In this document: positions 1-13,920 of the stretch, piece by piece | Layout: each line of letters opens with the position of its first letter | How positions within the stretch are numbered: position 1 is the first letter of the stretch | Assembly (NCBI GenBank): GCA_048128005.1 | Contig: JBEUKZ010000102.1 | Span: forward strand, 62,001 to 126,000 | Length of the DNA stretch: 64,000 bases | Source of the DNA: Veleropilina oligotropha | Taxonomy: Eukaryota | Direction: 5' to 3' | The notes under the pieces: model-generated | Databases searched by the model: none | Seen by the model: the letters and a program-made list of their open reading frames with translations, nothing else | Told to the model about the DNA's origin: nothing | Position numbers and translations under genes: made by a program

Positions 1-170
1 AGCCTGGGGAAACTCTCCCTCCGACCAGTTATGAACAACTGCAATTTATAAATGAACAAAGAACGTCATGTCCGAACCCACTCCTGTTGGTTAGTGCAAT
101 CGAGCCAGTGATTTCAGATTGTACAGTTGAGACGACACGACTACCGCGTCGGGCCCCATCTGGTGGAGGA
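1..170 (-). mobile_element. Fragment of tRNA-derived SINE family A
   Basis: Reverse complement resembles the fuller copy at 32269-32515 (gggttcg B-box, gcagttgttcataactggtcggagg, ggtttcccc core). Confidence 0.6.
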
Positions 171-510
171 AATTTACAGTATTGTAGTACTGAGTGGCCA
201 GGGTGCGTCAATGGACTAGCGAATTACTCTGGCATTCGACCATAGTAAAATATAAGATGCTTAAACATGATACGGACAACTAAGGAATAAAATGCAATTA
301 ATAAATTCAATGTGATCTAATATCACGTGTTTTCATCGTGTGATGTAGATCACAGACGACCGTGCTACCATACTTCAAGTGATGGCGCATCAGGCCTTTG
401 CTAGCAGCTTCTTTCACTTCTTGATTGTGTTTATTTACAAGTTACAATGGTAGCTTCGATGTGTCGTTTTCTGATGATATCTCTAAGAGTTTTGTGTTGA
501 GGTAATTTGC

Positions 511-730
511 ATAACTGAGAAGCTGCGAGAGGCAAGGTTAAGATGGTTTGGGCACTTAGTGAGAAAATATGAAGGGACGATGGTAAAGAAGGAACATGTA
601 GGAGGAAAGAGACCAAGGGGACGACAGAAACTGAGATGGAGGAATGTGGTTAAGAAGGATATGGAGGAGAGGGGAGTGGGGGAGCGTGACGCGGAGAACC
701 GGAGCCGGTGAGGAGCGCGACTCGTGCCGT
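511..730 (+). mobile_element. 3' end of RTE-clade LINE ORF (decayed)
   Basis: Translates ITEKLREARLRWFGHLVRK...GKRPRGRQKLRWRNVVKKDMEERG, matching the RTE C-terminal RLRWFGH / GKRPRGR motifs. Confidence 0.75.
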
Positions 731-741
731 GACATTACACT

Positions 742-1974
742 GGCTTAGTGTAATCGGCGAAGCAAACTACCATGCGAACTTTTAATCAGACTACGAAACG
801 GCGAACGAAACGAAACGAACATTTGAAGGGTTGATGAATAGCATATAGAATTTAAATTATATATTACGACACGTTTGTTATATTATCATATTATATGCAT
901 ACATATTTATATATTTGCGAGCGACATTGATGCTATAAGTAATAGGGTACGTGAACGACAGATTCACTCATGAATCAGTCGACCTATATATGAATACCGG
1001 CTAATTCGAACTCCTGCTGATTCGGAACCTCATTGATTATAATATCGGCTCATTCACATCTTATACTGATTCGGACACAGGGGCATGTAACGCTGTTTAT
1101 CGTTCGGCTGTTTCCGCTTGACGATTAGCGCAGCTCATTGTTACTATATAATATAGACAATTTAAGGGAGGTCACTAAGGACGGGACACATACTTTACCA
1201 TCCCGACATTTCACTGAATTATTTCATTTGTCACAAGATGTTGGTTCGAATAGTGACCAATGACCGGCAGCGTGTGCTGCTCTCTAGTCGATAACATGAC
1301 GAATAAATGGCAGATTACGCGTATTTAACACTCGGCGATAACACTATCATCGAGAACTAGGTTGTTCAACAAACAATATATTTAAAAATTAACTTACACA
1401 CCTCTTGCAAACAACTACTAAGTCTCTCTTGTAAACAACAACTAAATAAACGGGACGCATATGCTTCTTCTTCCTGAATTTGACATATTCGAACCAACAT
1501 CTTGTGACAAAAGAAATAATTCAGTGAAATGTATGTAAAGTATGTGTCCGGTCCTTAGTGACCCCCCTTGTCTATATAATACAGTAACAATGAACTGCGT
1601 CAAACGGAAACAGCCGAACGATAAACAGCGTTACACGCCCCTGTGTCCGAATCAGTATAAGATGTGAATGAGCCGATATTATAATCAATGAGGTTCCGAA
1701 ACAGCAGGAGTTCGAATTAGCCGGTATTCAAAAAGGTCGACTGATGTCCTGATGAGCGAATCTGTCATACACGTAGCCTATTATTCATAGCATCAATGCC
1801 GCTCGCATATGTAAATATGTATGCATATGTATATATCATGATTAAACAAACGTATCGCAATATATAATGAAATGATATTTATAAACCCTTCTAGTATTCG
1901 TTTCGTTTCGTTCGCCGTTTCGTAGTCTGATTAAAAGTTCACATGGAAGTTTGCTTCGCCGATTACACTAAGCC
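742..1974. mobile_element. Non-autonomous Mutator-like (MULE)/foldback element with ~500-bp TIRs
   Basis: Arms ~742-1251 and ~1487-1974 are reverse complements (ggcttagtgtaatcggcgaagc ... gcttcgccgattacactaagcc). Exact 9-bp TSD CATTACACT at 733-741 and 1975-1983. Confidence 0.88.
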
Positions 1975-3842
1975 CATTACACTTGGTTGCGTTGAAGGCC
2001 ATGCCCCAAATTATCTCGAATCTGGTGGGCGCCATGATGTAGTTCGTTGCATTTTGGGGGGTAATGTTAGCATAATCGCCAAATAATCTTTCAAAGACTT
2101 GGTTCTGAAGTTCAGACAATACTGTGTACTACAAATACAATATCACATAAACATTTTCCCCCAAATCATGTGGTTCTTCAGAACTTCAGATTATCAAAAT
2201 ACACGAAGAATTATCGCCGATTAATGAAGTTAATTGTTAGAATTATAAGTTTTATAAACTTTGAATGAAGACGTAACCTCGGATAATGTGATCATGAAAA
2301 GGTTTATTATATATGGAAACATTTCCTCCCGCGATAATTAATATGGACATGTCCTGCTTTGAACCTGATGGTTGTAATGTTCAGAAACGGGACAAATTCG
2401 TTTGTCCTATAACATGACCAAGATGTTCTGTTGTCGGATCTCATTTTGGAAAGCGAAAGAAACCTTCCCATATTAATTATATGCACATGGTATTCTGTGC
2501 TGACAGATGCATTAAGAGATAATTATCGGCTAACAACCCTGCTCCTGGTCAAAGGATGATGACCGAAGATAAGGGAGCTGTCACTGGTATTCTTGGCATT
2601 GATAATCAAAAACAGGTCCATCATGTTTCAACAAGAAACCATTTATCCCAGATGAATATATCACATTGTGAGATTTATATGTTTTCTCGACGCCGTTCCC
2701 AATTATGGCTATATTTTCATTAAAGTTGAATAGTTTTCAGTGATTTTCCGTCCAAGACCCCGAAAATAAAGAAAAATGTGATGGCTCTTTTACGGATCAT
2801 CGATACCCTTATATTACAATTATTGTCTAACTAAATGAACGAATGTTACCGGCGCGTCGGTGGGTTATTTCAGATAACAATTTCTGCAGGAATGAATTCG
2901 ACAGGCACGGTTTTATCTCATTGTACATACCGTTTTCAATTCCAATGTCGGATTCTAATCGAAAGACCGAGATGACATATTGATTTATCATAACTATCCT
3001 GGTAAACCTCCATGCGAGTTTCGCGTAAATTGAACGAGTTTATTAAATCTATGTAAAGATATCAGTGATAGAAATCCAACATCGGCTGCGGACGAGGACT
3101 CATCTGTCACAATAAGAGAGAAATCGACTTCACTGAGCCGATTCCTGGAGCTGTAATTGTCCAAACAGTTTGTACAAGGTTCTGTCTACAATCCTGGATG
3201 GTACTTCAATAAACAGCGAGGACGTCGCAGGGGACTTATCATCGAAGATTGGAGACGGTGCTGCGACGTGCAAACATTTCTCCATTAATCATAATGAATA
3301 GATATAGAAGTGGCGGTGCCTAATCAAGCGATAGGAGGTCAGAGCGTGTCCGTCATAGAGACCTTCATGTTACCAATTAGTCTCGCCAATTTATTTTAAG
3401 AACGCCGCTACTGCACGAGACATAATGCAGACGACACGTACTATAGGAGGTCTGCGAAACGAGGAGTTAACTTCCAAGAATTACAGGAATTATGTGGTCT
3501 TTGGTAAATGTACAAAATAGTTGACGTTAATCAGTTTAGAATTCGAATATGTTGTGTAGATACGGATCTTATGATGATAAAACTGCACTACAACATTGAA
3601 TTGTGACATTGAATAAACACAAAAATTAATAAATAAACGTTACTATCGCAATTCCATGAAGATTCGAAGGTGGGTGGGTAATTTTGGGTTTAATTTCAAT
3701 TGGACAATGAAATGCAACATCATTTAGCTCGAAAAATGAAATCTGGTATCAAATTAGAGAAATGTCAAAGGTAAACAATCAAAACGCTAATGGAACATGT
3801 ATATTTTGGAAGAATCATCTGCTGTCTAAGTTATACATATGT

Positions 3843-4170
3843 GCCGTCGTGGCTCAGTGGGTTGTTCACAGGACTCTGGTCACAGAGTCTCGAGTTCGCC
3901 CCCAAAGCTTGGCGATTTCACTTGGGCAAGGAAATAAGCATATATTTGCCTCGGTCCACCCAGCCGATCTAAATGGGTACCTGGTTGGCAGTTATGTAAG
4001 TCACGGCGCTACCAGCGTGTAACTGACTGTAATGCTCCCAGAGGGAGTTGAGATGGCATATCGAATGTAATAGGCCCATAACCAGGGGTAATGTAAAAAA
4101 TGTCAAAGCGCATTGCGACGGTTGATTCAACTGTGAAATGCGCTATATAAGAAGGGGCAGTTATTATTAT
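3843..4170 (+). mobile_element. Full-length tRNA-derived SINE (family B) with L2-like 3' tail
   Basis: A-box TGGCTCAGTGG, B-box-like GAGTTCGCC, central ccacccag...aaatgggtacctg, and tail aaagcgcattg...aatgcgctatataagaa...(TTA)n. Confidence 0.8.
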
Positions 4171-5467
4171 ATGATTTATCAATCATGGTTGTCATAGATG
4201 GCTTGTAATCTTCGAAGAAGTACAAACACAGAAACGTTATGCATCCAAGCAAGTTCCAAGGCAGGCTTGGTGTCTGTGTAGAAAACAGGAGTGAGCTCGA
4301 ATCTTCGATTGGGAACTTTAAATTTGTGGAAGTAACCATTGACAGTGGTGCACATCTGGGAGAGGCGGGTGTGTTTTCCCGGGTGACCAGGCTTTCCCCA
4401 GCGATAATATGGATATGTTCTGTAATGACCATAAAGAATGTTAAACGAAATTTTAATCTCCGATACAAGCCAAACTTCTTTCTTCCAATTGAAACCAGTG
4501 TCGACACCTAGCTATAACGATGTAGTTCATTAATAAATCTCGAAAAAAGCATTGTCAATGTGAAAGGCCATTAGATGAATAACTATATATATGCACACCG
4601 CCACAAAAATCATTATTTATTGATAACTTTATCAATATTTCCTTTATAGATATCATTTGTTAAAAATAATAATCACACCGCATATTGTTAAAGTTAATAT
4701 TTTTATTGACCTATACCTATGCGCTTACATGAGCACTAAGTTTCATAACCTTTCAAATAATCAATCTGGCCTATCTTTGTGTTTTATTTGACATCAACAT
4801 GTTTTCTTTGTAATGACAATTCAATAACATGTTCATGCTAGTTAGAAAGCTTTCTGGTATTGAATAAATGCGTCGTTACGAAAACCTGGCACAGAATCCC
4901 GTTCAGCAACATGAAATCTCCATAAAATGTCACCTTTCATCTCGTAAAATATGAAACGGACGTTGGCACATGTAAAGTTAAACAGGTTAACGGTACACAT
5001 TTTTAACATTATTCGCATACCTAATATAATTAATAGGCAATGCCATACATGGCCTTTATCCATGTTTAAGAGCGATACATATACATATCAGGGTCGTAAC
5101 ACATTTGAGTATTTAAAGTTGCACCATCAATTTTGTTAAATATTTAGTCCATAGACTAAGTCTTCATATATTCATAATTTGCAATTATCTGCTATAAAAA
5201 TGCTTACTTAAGGTATCATGATATCTGAACAATAAAACTCGAATATTGTCAGAGTCTCAATAGTTCCAGTTATTAACCAATAATCCAATGGGATTAGCTC
5301 GGGTAGCGACGTGGAGCTGGCCGCACCGTGCCAAAGGAATTGACAAGCTACCTGCACCAGTTCCGCAATGGAAGGGTCGGCTCTCATATCACACTCTAGG
5401 GTCTGATATCATCGGTAAATCCCGGTATATTTTAAAGGGTTACAGCTTGCAATTTACAATATATTTC

Positions 5468-5472
<5 letters not shown>

Positions 5473-5543
<71 letters not shown>
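5473..5543. repeat. (AT)n microsatellite
   Basis: Pure AT dinucleotide run. Confidence 0.95.
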
Positions 5544-5547
<4 letters not shown>

Positions 5548-6062
5548 CACATGACAAACCTGTTATTGAACGGCAGAGGCCGTTCCATAAATTTATATAC
5601 GAAAAGACACGTCACATAAGTATGCAAATGAGGGCGAGCATGACGGCCGATTATCGCATCTGGCGCCAAGTTGATTAGGCGGCGAATCACCCTCATTAAC
5701 ATAATGAATAATTCATACGCGTTGACTCGTTGATTACTGACGTTGAACTACTTTTTATTGGCGTACTGGCGTGGCGCGTGCTTTCGAGGCGTGATGCGTC
5801 TGGGGCATGGCATTTTATGGCTGAAAGTACTGCCAAAAATCAGTTTAAAAACGTAAAGAAATGAGTTTAAAAACGTAATAAAATAAGTTTAAAAGTAAAT
5901 AAAGTCATGTGATAAAGAAGATATCAAACTTGTATCCATTTCATATGAGAATTATGAAACTCGTCAGCAAATTTATGTACCTCGCCAAGGCTCGGTACAT
6001 AAATTGTGCCCGACTCGTTTCATAATTCTCATATGGAATGGACACTCGTTCGATATCCTCTA
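5544..6062. mobile_element. Non-autonomous DNA element with internal inverted repeat and terminal ~135-bp hairpin
   Basis: tttatcacatgac (5544) and gtcatgtgataaa (~5904) form an inverted pair; palindrome gatatc..catatgagaattatgaaac..gtttcataattctcatatg..gatatc at ~5920-6056. Confidence 0.6.
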
Positions 6063-9000
6063 TATATCATACTCTTTGAAATATCTATTGATTATTATTT
6101 ACAAATTTCACACCCAAAATACATCCGTGTTATATGTTATTGCCTTTGGGTAATGTCTAATGGAAGATAATACAGAAATGATAATTTTTAATGAAAAACC
6201 TTTCTTTTATATTGGTAATCTAATCCTCCACCGTGATTATTTACACCGACGTGTTTCCGACAACTTTAGTAACAGCTTAATTATTAAGCATGCAGGAAGC
6301 AGATAAGATGATATCTTCGGAATCGATATAATATATGACCAGTTTCATTGTCGGTAGACTCCATTAATAGACTCATTGATGTTCAAATTAGTGATGTTAC
6401 ATAATTAACGATCTTATACATGCTTTATGTGATACAATTGCGCACATCATGAAACGATGTATTGACAGGAAACTGTGTTTAATTCAATGCATACATTATC
6501 ACCCATTGCGTGTATTATCTGGAGATCTGGCAGTACCTAATTTCATGTTGGGCACTCACAGGGTTCCTTATATTCAACAAACCCGTGAAGCAATTATCCC
6601 GTTTTGGTTCGCTAAGTACATGACAATTTAATCAGATAATTGTCTCGTCCCCATCAATCAGATCGCGCTGTCAAATGGAGTTGCGGTCATTGTCAACGAA
6701 GCGTGTTCAGTTTATTGTATAAATCATTTCAACAACAAGTTTATGGACCTTGTCATTTATATCATTTGCTCTTTGATGAGCATGTTAATGTTTTGTAAGT
6801 CTCCATGGTCCTTTATAAATAGTGTATAAATTTCAGTCCGGTTCTACTATGTGTACAAACATTTCTATTATTCATTTTTGACAGGTACATACGTAAAGTG
6901 GAAATGTTTACTTATGAAGCTACGAACCCCTGTGCACGTAGTGCGAATGGGCTGGTTCCATGTTTCCGTATAAAAGATATGTGTGATGCGTAAACTTATG
7001 TTCACGAAAAGGACTTCAAATTAAAATGTTTAAATTTCACAGTCAATGTAAATTATATATACAGCTGTACATTCCAGTTATGCTCTTCCAAACACCCAAG
7101 TATTAAGGCTTTCACGTAAGACTCACGTGAAACGTGACATATTATAACTGGCGAACTGATGCGCAAGGAATATTATTATGTCTAACCCTAAACTGCCTAT
7201 ATTCCATTAGCATTAGGGTCAGTGTTAGGAAGCAGTGTTCGCTATCATATAAAGCGCAAGAATTGCGCTTTATATTGAAGAGATTTATTTTTCAGTATTA
7301 TTATCTTCTCTTTAGAATATAAATATTAAAAATTATAAACGAGCATCAATTTGAATTGTTCAGTTATTATTTCAATAATAACTGAACATAGGCGCTACGT
7401 AGTTCGCATTCACTGCTCACGGAGCGATGATACGCAGCGCAATACAATGCGTATTTACCAGTACCTTCAACCGATTTATTTGCATTTTGGTTAATACGCA
7501 TTACGCACAAAACATTAGACGGCTCACTGCGTGTATACTAGTTCGTGTCTTTGTAATATTATCTTTTCAGTTAGCCAAGTTCAGACTCATTTTATCGAAA
7601 AAGGAAACCTATAGGAATATTCCATAGAAACCATATTGACCAACAGGCTACAGACAACACTGACTGATGAACTCTAATTTTGCATCGCTTACGAATTGAA
7701 CGACAATAAAATAAGGATATAGCTATATCATTGTATCATCGAGGCGGTCTCCAATATATTTATGCAGGTGGAGTGGCCAATTTTATTTTATTGAAATACC
7801 TTCACTGGGTCATCGTGATTGATGTATTACATGGTGGCGGTCACGGTCAGTAACCGCTGACCTTCACATCGCCGCATTCCACAACTTAATCTCGTATATC
7901 CTTGTTGAATGTCACATGTTTATAATACGATATCATCCTAGCTAAAAGCTAATTTGTTCAACCAAGTGGAAATAAGATAACAGCACCTGCATCTTTAACC
8001 GGTATAGACAAAGACAACCCTTAGGCAACCACTTTTTATTTTTTCGGTTATTTCTCAAATAGGGTTCCGTACTTTATATTTAACGTTTAATTTGTGAGGC
8101 CTCATCGATAGCGCAGTGTGCGATAAATCATTATTTTGGTTTGGATCGATGCTTAATGTTCTGTTTTAACCTCATTCATGTTCATACCAAGACATGTCCA
8201 TATTTCCGCGATAGGAAAATCCTGTCACCGCGGGAAAACTCGCCCCTACGGCCAGTTATGGACAACTAAGACGGGTAACATAGTCAGAGCCTTTATCCAC
8301 TCGGTTATCGGAAGGGCGGATAATCAATTGTACTTTATCATGAAGGATAGTTCATGTCGAGATGAAATATGAATATGTCTGATGCTAAGTGTCTAACGAA
8401 CTAATATGTATTCCATTAAATCAACCGAAATACGATAATGTTTACTCGCGTTGTTTAATTTCTGAACTCAATGTCTGAAAAAAGCAATTTGTTTGTATAG
8501 TCGCATTTATCGATAAATGTCACACCGTTTGTTCTGTTAATGGCAAACAGAGGTTTTTGTCAGCATTATAAAATGGAGCACACACTATAATGTCGATTTA
8601 CTCCTTGTTTACATCGTCGATTATGTTTTCCGAGTCTATTTACATGATGTAATTGGTGTGACATTGCCACAGAAGAACAGTGTCGTATTTCTCTGATGTT
8701 TGGCTAATCGCTTTGTATTTCAGCATTCGTTCGAAATGACGTTCAAAGCATATTTAAAATTCGGCTTATTTCCCTTGCATAACTTTATTGACCAATCGCG
8801 CGTCATTTTGCGCCAGAATATTATATACTTAGGAGCAATTGTAACGAAGTTAGATCTGTCGTTGAGGAAATTATTCTGACGGTCATTTACAGCAATGACA
8901 TTAGGTTTATTTTATGGACAGCCGTAGGGCAAATATACGAAAGGGGTTACTGGCGAATAGTATAATAGTTTTATGGTGTTACCGACGATTTTATTGTGTC

Positions 9001-9427
9001 TGACATTGTTGATTTAATGACATGTTTAGGACATGTGGGCAACTTACACTGACGGTATTTTCATAAATGTCAGCCAGACCCAATATTATCAATTAAGATG
9101 TCATTTTCATGACGCTAAACGTCCATCATACCAGAACAACAAAAAAACACATCCAACACCGGTAGTCAGTTGGGATTGCCCGATCGTCATACAGCACCAA
9201 TTCCACACAGGACTATATTTCAGGCTGTGCGATGTGTTTTGCTGCACTATTAACGGATATAGTTATGTCCATGACGATATTGTTTTTGCGCCCCCCCCCC
9301 CCAATTTTTTTTAGTGAGATTCAAGTAAACACACTTTCAACCACCGTTCATTCACATGATGTATATGCATGGGCACTCGAACGCACGCACACATTATATA
9401 TTTGATGGTGTGTACGCGCATACGCAC

Positions 9428-9429
<2 letters not shown>

Positions 9430-9458
<29 letters not shown>
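9430..9458. repeat. (GA)n microsatellite
   Basis: Pure GA run. Confidence 0.9.
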
Positions 9459-9460
<2 letters not shown>

Positions 9461-9986
9461 ACTTATGGATGGCATGTGTATGATTTGGAGCTAGATTATT
9501 ACCTCTGGAGGTCGTAGGTCAAGGGACCGACCAGGCGCGCTATTGGCAGATGGCTTGCTTGTATGATCGTGTGAAGTACACGCGTCGGTGAGGATTCCTG
9601 GCGTAGTCACGTGACCTTATGCGAGTAAGTGGATCGTAGTAACCCGACTAGATGTTCAATTTACATCGACTATGAGAGGGCTGTGGATATGTATACTTTA
9701 CCATTGAGAAAATCGCGCTGCGAGTATGGTTAATTTCCTGGTGGATCGTAATCAAAATACGCTCAATAAATTGATGAGTTCGTCACGGTGCAAGATTATT
9801 CGCCTAGGAGGGATGAGCGACTTTATATAAATGCCTAATCGGCTTTATGAAACTACAGTCTGCGCTATCTGTGTATGGGATTAGAAGATGTAAAACATAT
9901 GTGATACAACGCAGTGTATTCCGTCTGGGATTTATGTTTGAATGGAAGGTGCGTTTAATCTGAGCCTGCTTGTTTTATTCTCCACG

Positions 9987-10004
9987 ATGGAAATTGTAGT
10001 CAAG
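9987..10004 (+). CDS. Candidate first coding micro-exon (MEIVVK) of the membrane-protein gene
   Basis: ATG in strong Kozak context (cacgATGG), followed by a phase-0 donor AAG|gtttgt compatible with the phase-0 acceptor at 42278. Upstream region is CpG-richer, with GTCACGTGAC (~9606) and TATATAAA (~9824). Confidence 0.35.
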
Positions 10005-10627
10005 GTTTGTTGAATTTATTTTATTTTATTGATTTATGAGATTAGTCATGAATTAGCCGCTGTTTATATTGAATCGACCTCAGAGATATAGCGCCAATAT
10101 AATGCATTTCTGTAGTTAAAATTCCAGAGAAGAGCTAATCTTGTAGACATTGGAGATTAACGTCCTTAAATTTCATGGCTATTTTGCCACAGCCTGCGAC
10201 CCTAAGCCGACCCGCGGGAGAATACGTTGCATCAATCCAATAATATATCGACTTATAAATATATCATTTAATCCGAGTCGATGTGTGTCGACTGAAATGC
10301 TTTCAAATCAGACAAGGTCCCCCAAGAGGTGCTCGAAAATTAATTAAGATACCTTCATTATACGGTCAAAAGAATTGCTATTACTGTGTAATTGAAGTTG
10401 CATAATATATAATTGCCTATTTACATACGCATATATTTATGAGAGGAATATTCAAATTGAAATGACGTACTACCAAATAAAAACTTATGATGTCATTAAC
10501 TGCATGTATTTATATCATCTTGAAATATTGAATGAATAAATAAGGAACTTTACAACCAGTACATGTCCAGCGACCAATGGAGAGACTGTACAGTAAGCGA
10601 AACTATTCCTGATTCGCACGCACTTCC

Positions 10628-10628
<1 letters not shown>

Positions 10629-10717
<89 letters not shown>
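10629..10717. repeat. (AT)n microsatellite
   Basis: Pure AT run. Confidence 0.95.
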
Positions 10718-10720
<3 letters not shown>

Positions 10721-12199
10721 CATCTAAACAACTAAATGGTAACTTCCTGAATTTATATATCATACGTTTCAAAATATAGGAAATACGTCTCTGAACACGT
10801 TTCTTGTGTCTACACAAGGTTTTGATTTGCAATAATCGCTGTACCTCACGTACCTAATGACATATCTTAATTGCCTGTCGTTGAAATATTTTTATTTTAT
10901 TCTTTGCTTAATATTTTCAAAGATAAATTATATTATACACGATTAAAAATACAATAGCTAGTCGGTTAGGTCTGTGCGATATTGAGCATCTGATCAGCTG
11001 CACACCCCAGGTGTGGGCCTAAAAGATCATTTAACCAACAATCCATGCATCCTCTGATCGGTTTAAAAGTCAAAATATTTGTTAATTCCTCCTTTGCGTG
11101 TGTAGGGTCGATTCTTATTTCAATGGGAGGGAACTGTACGTATACGGTACAAAAGGTGTCACCTTATGTTAGCTTATCATTATACGGTTTCTCAAATTTC
11201 TATTATATCTCCTAATGATTTCGTAGGTCTTGCACGGAACTATAGCTATATATATCTAATGTAACCCGTCATGCACTCTAATTATATGCACTTAACCAAT
11301 TTCTCATCACATATGTGCAATCATTAACACAACGCTAACCCGTCATTATTGTGTCACAGTCCACAACGACATTTGATTGGAAGGGGTATTTCATGTATAT
11401 TTATGCACTTATGGGTCCCCCGAAATTAAGTTATATACGACCTTTTGTGATTCGTTATGGTTATGGCATCCTAATTAATCCGATGCTTTCAATTTGACAT
11501 CCTTACTTGTATGATATTTTTAGTAATATATATGCGTTATACCATATCCGGTATTTGGCATTTATTCCGGGCTTTAACAAATAAGCTACTCGTTAATATC
11601 AGGAAGTGAAATACAAGTGCTTAAAGGGGCACTGTATACCTGGAAATCAAGGAAAATCATTGCAGATAGATTTTCTCGAACGAGACTGTGGCTATTTATA
11701 GAACCCCTTCTCTAGCGTGCGATAGGCTCACGACTTAATTGTCGTGTCAAGAAACATGGACAAGTCAACTTAGAAAAGCGTAAAATTATTACCGAACTGT
11801 GTGAGCTACTAAAACGTGAGATGCGTTTTAGGGTATAAAGCGCTCCTTTAAGCGTGTTCGATAATTTGGACAATCTTACGTTTTACTCGCTATTTATAAT
11901 GCAACAAAGTTTAACTGGCAGCGTTTGAAGAGTCTTTTCGACGTCTCTGTGTGATTTCATCGTCGGCACCCACGTGTGCGTGTCGTATTGTGTTTCTCCA
12001 GTAACCCATTGGGTTGTCGACGATACTGTTAGACGCCATGGACAACAACTATTCATGGACATTTACTTTGTTGTTTGCAAGATGATAAACGTTACAGTTT
12101 TGCAATGACAAGACAATAACCTGGTATTTGTTTTTTGTTTTTTTTATAAAGCACGAAAAATAAAATCCAGATATGACGTCATAACACCCGAGTCTGCTC

Positions 12200-12373
12200 A
12201 TTCGGATACCGATCCGAATCACCATCAAAATCTAATCTATTGTTTCTTGGGCCAAGATGGATTCGTACGCGAAATTTCGTAGAAAAATTCCATCCGTAAA
12301 TTTGTAGATATCTTGTTAAAGGCAGACAAACTAACTGGGTCGAGAACAAAACCTCCTTGGTGGAGGAGGTAAT
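12200..12373 (-). mobile_element. Helentron/HINE-like non-autonomous fragment
   Basis: Minus strand starts attacctcc...ggaggttttgtt, a sub-terminal inverted pair, followed by gtttgtctg and a core repeat remnant. Confidence 0.5.
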
Positions 12374-13714
12374 CATGGAATATTGGCATTAAAAGACAAT
12401 CCTCCACAATACGGTGCGAGATTTGTCATGGTTCGTAGCTCGGCAAATGTGGTATTCATTATGATATGATAAAAGTCCATAGTTCTATTGTTTTCATTTC
12501 GAATCACGCTCATGCAAGGCGTCGTCCACTGTACCAGTTACACCCACAAAAGTGCATGTTTTCTGCGATTGTATGGTTCCGGAATTAGCATCAACAGACG
12601 ATAGTTGCAGCTAAAATTCCTGCAATGCCAATTATCCGTAGACAGACGCACAAAACATATGGTATATAGAACGAGACCATAACAATATGTGAGTTTGATA
12701 GAGTCACAATGGATAGCGATCTTTGTTCAGTATTCAGAATTGTAAATCGAATTCACAGACTTTTGATAACTTCTTGCATTTACTGCATTAGGAGTTATAA
12801 ACGAAACTCTGCTGTGGTATTTTAAATGTGACAATATCCCTTAATTTATTCTAAATAAATTGGCTATTCTCTAAGTTTAATTTCTTTACATACAGTCAAA
12901 GGAAACACTGTCTTCTCCTACACTTTATATACCATAATCAGGAAGGGTCAGTCTTGTTATTGCCTTAAGTAGCCCATTGCATCTACCCGATCGAGGTCTA
13001 TCATTATGCCAACCAGTCATGCTAATCGTAACCTGCTGATTACTGTAGGTGCGTTTATGGGATCTTGAGTTCATCGAGGGTGCTTTTATTGAATCAGATT
13101 TGCCTATAAATTGACTTCAGCTCCATTTAACCATGCTGGCAAATTAATTGGATATCCAATTTATGGGTAGATTAAAATTATGGAGAAATTTGTTTCCTAT
13201 TAATCCTGACTAGGAAATATTATTTATTACGGACTAGAGTTGACATGATTTCTAGCAGAAAATAATCGCTGCCTTTAGTGCTAATGTCCAGTGCAATCAT
13301 GTGTTCCGCAGACATAATTAATTGCTGCATATATAAAGTGGCGCCATATTAACTAGGCTGACATTATTTTTCCAAACTCTCTGGCACCATTTCAACTGTG
13401 ATTAATTGTCCCGCATAAACCACAACAAAATCAACCTTGCCAATCGAAAATAATTCAGCAATCCGATAATGAACATGAGTGAAGTTATTTTCGAATAAAT
13501 ATAAGCTATCATAGGCAAGGCAAGAACGGAAGACACATTAAATGCATGGATGCATTGAACAAGTTCTGTGATTAACGTGACATTATTAACTATTATACTC
13601 CATGGCGCTCTCAAATGATATACGAACGGGTGCTGTAAACATCATAAAATTTGTCAAATTATCATGATTTACCACTTCAAATATAACAGAATCAGCATCG
13701 TTCGTTTTCTAGGT

Positions 13715-13920
13715 CTTTGGACCAACAAGGCCGCTAACTAACAGGGGTGGGTTCGAATCTCGGCTGGGTCATTAACATTCTTTGTTCGGTTATCAATCGC
13801 AGTTGTCCGTAACTAGTTGGACAGAGCGGGTTTCCCCGGGCGACCGGGCTTTCTTTCCGCGGTAATTTGGATATGTCCTGCCGTAAACCCGATGGTTGTA
13901 AATATACTGAACATTAAGAC
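13715..13920 (+). mobile_element. SINE family A copy (5'-truncated)
   Basis: GGTTCGAATC B-box, gcagttgtccgtaac, gcgggtttccccgggcgaccgg and ggatatgtcctgcc are shared with 32269-32515. Confidence 0.7.

Noticed and set aside
4127..4511. Overlapping 126-aa and 90-aa ORFs
   Set aside because: No recognisable motif or convincing splice pair; partly overlaps a SINE tail.
5288..5554. ORF ending in (IY)n, likewise 10629-10832
   Set aside because: Reads through an (AT)n microsatellite.
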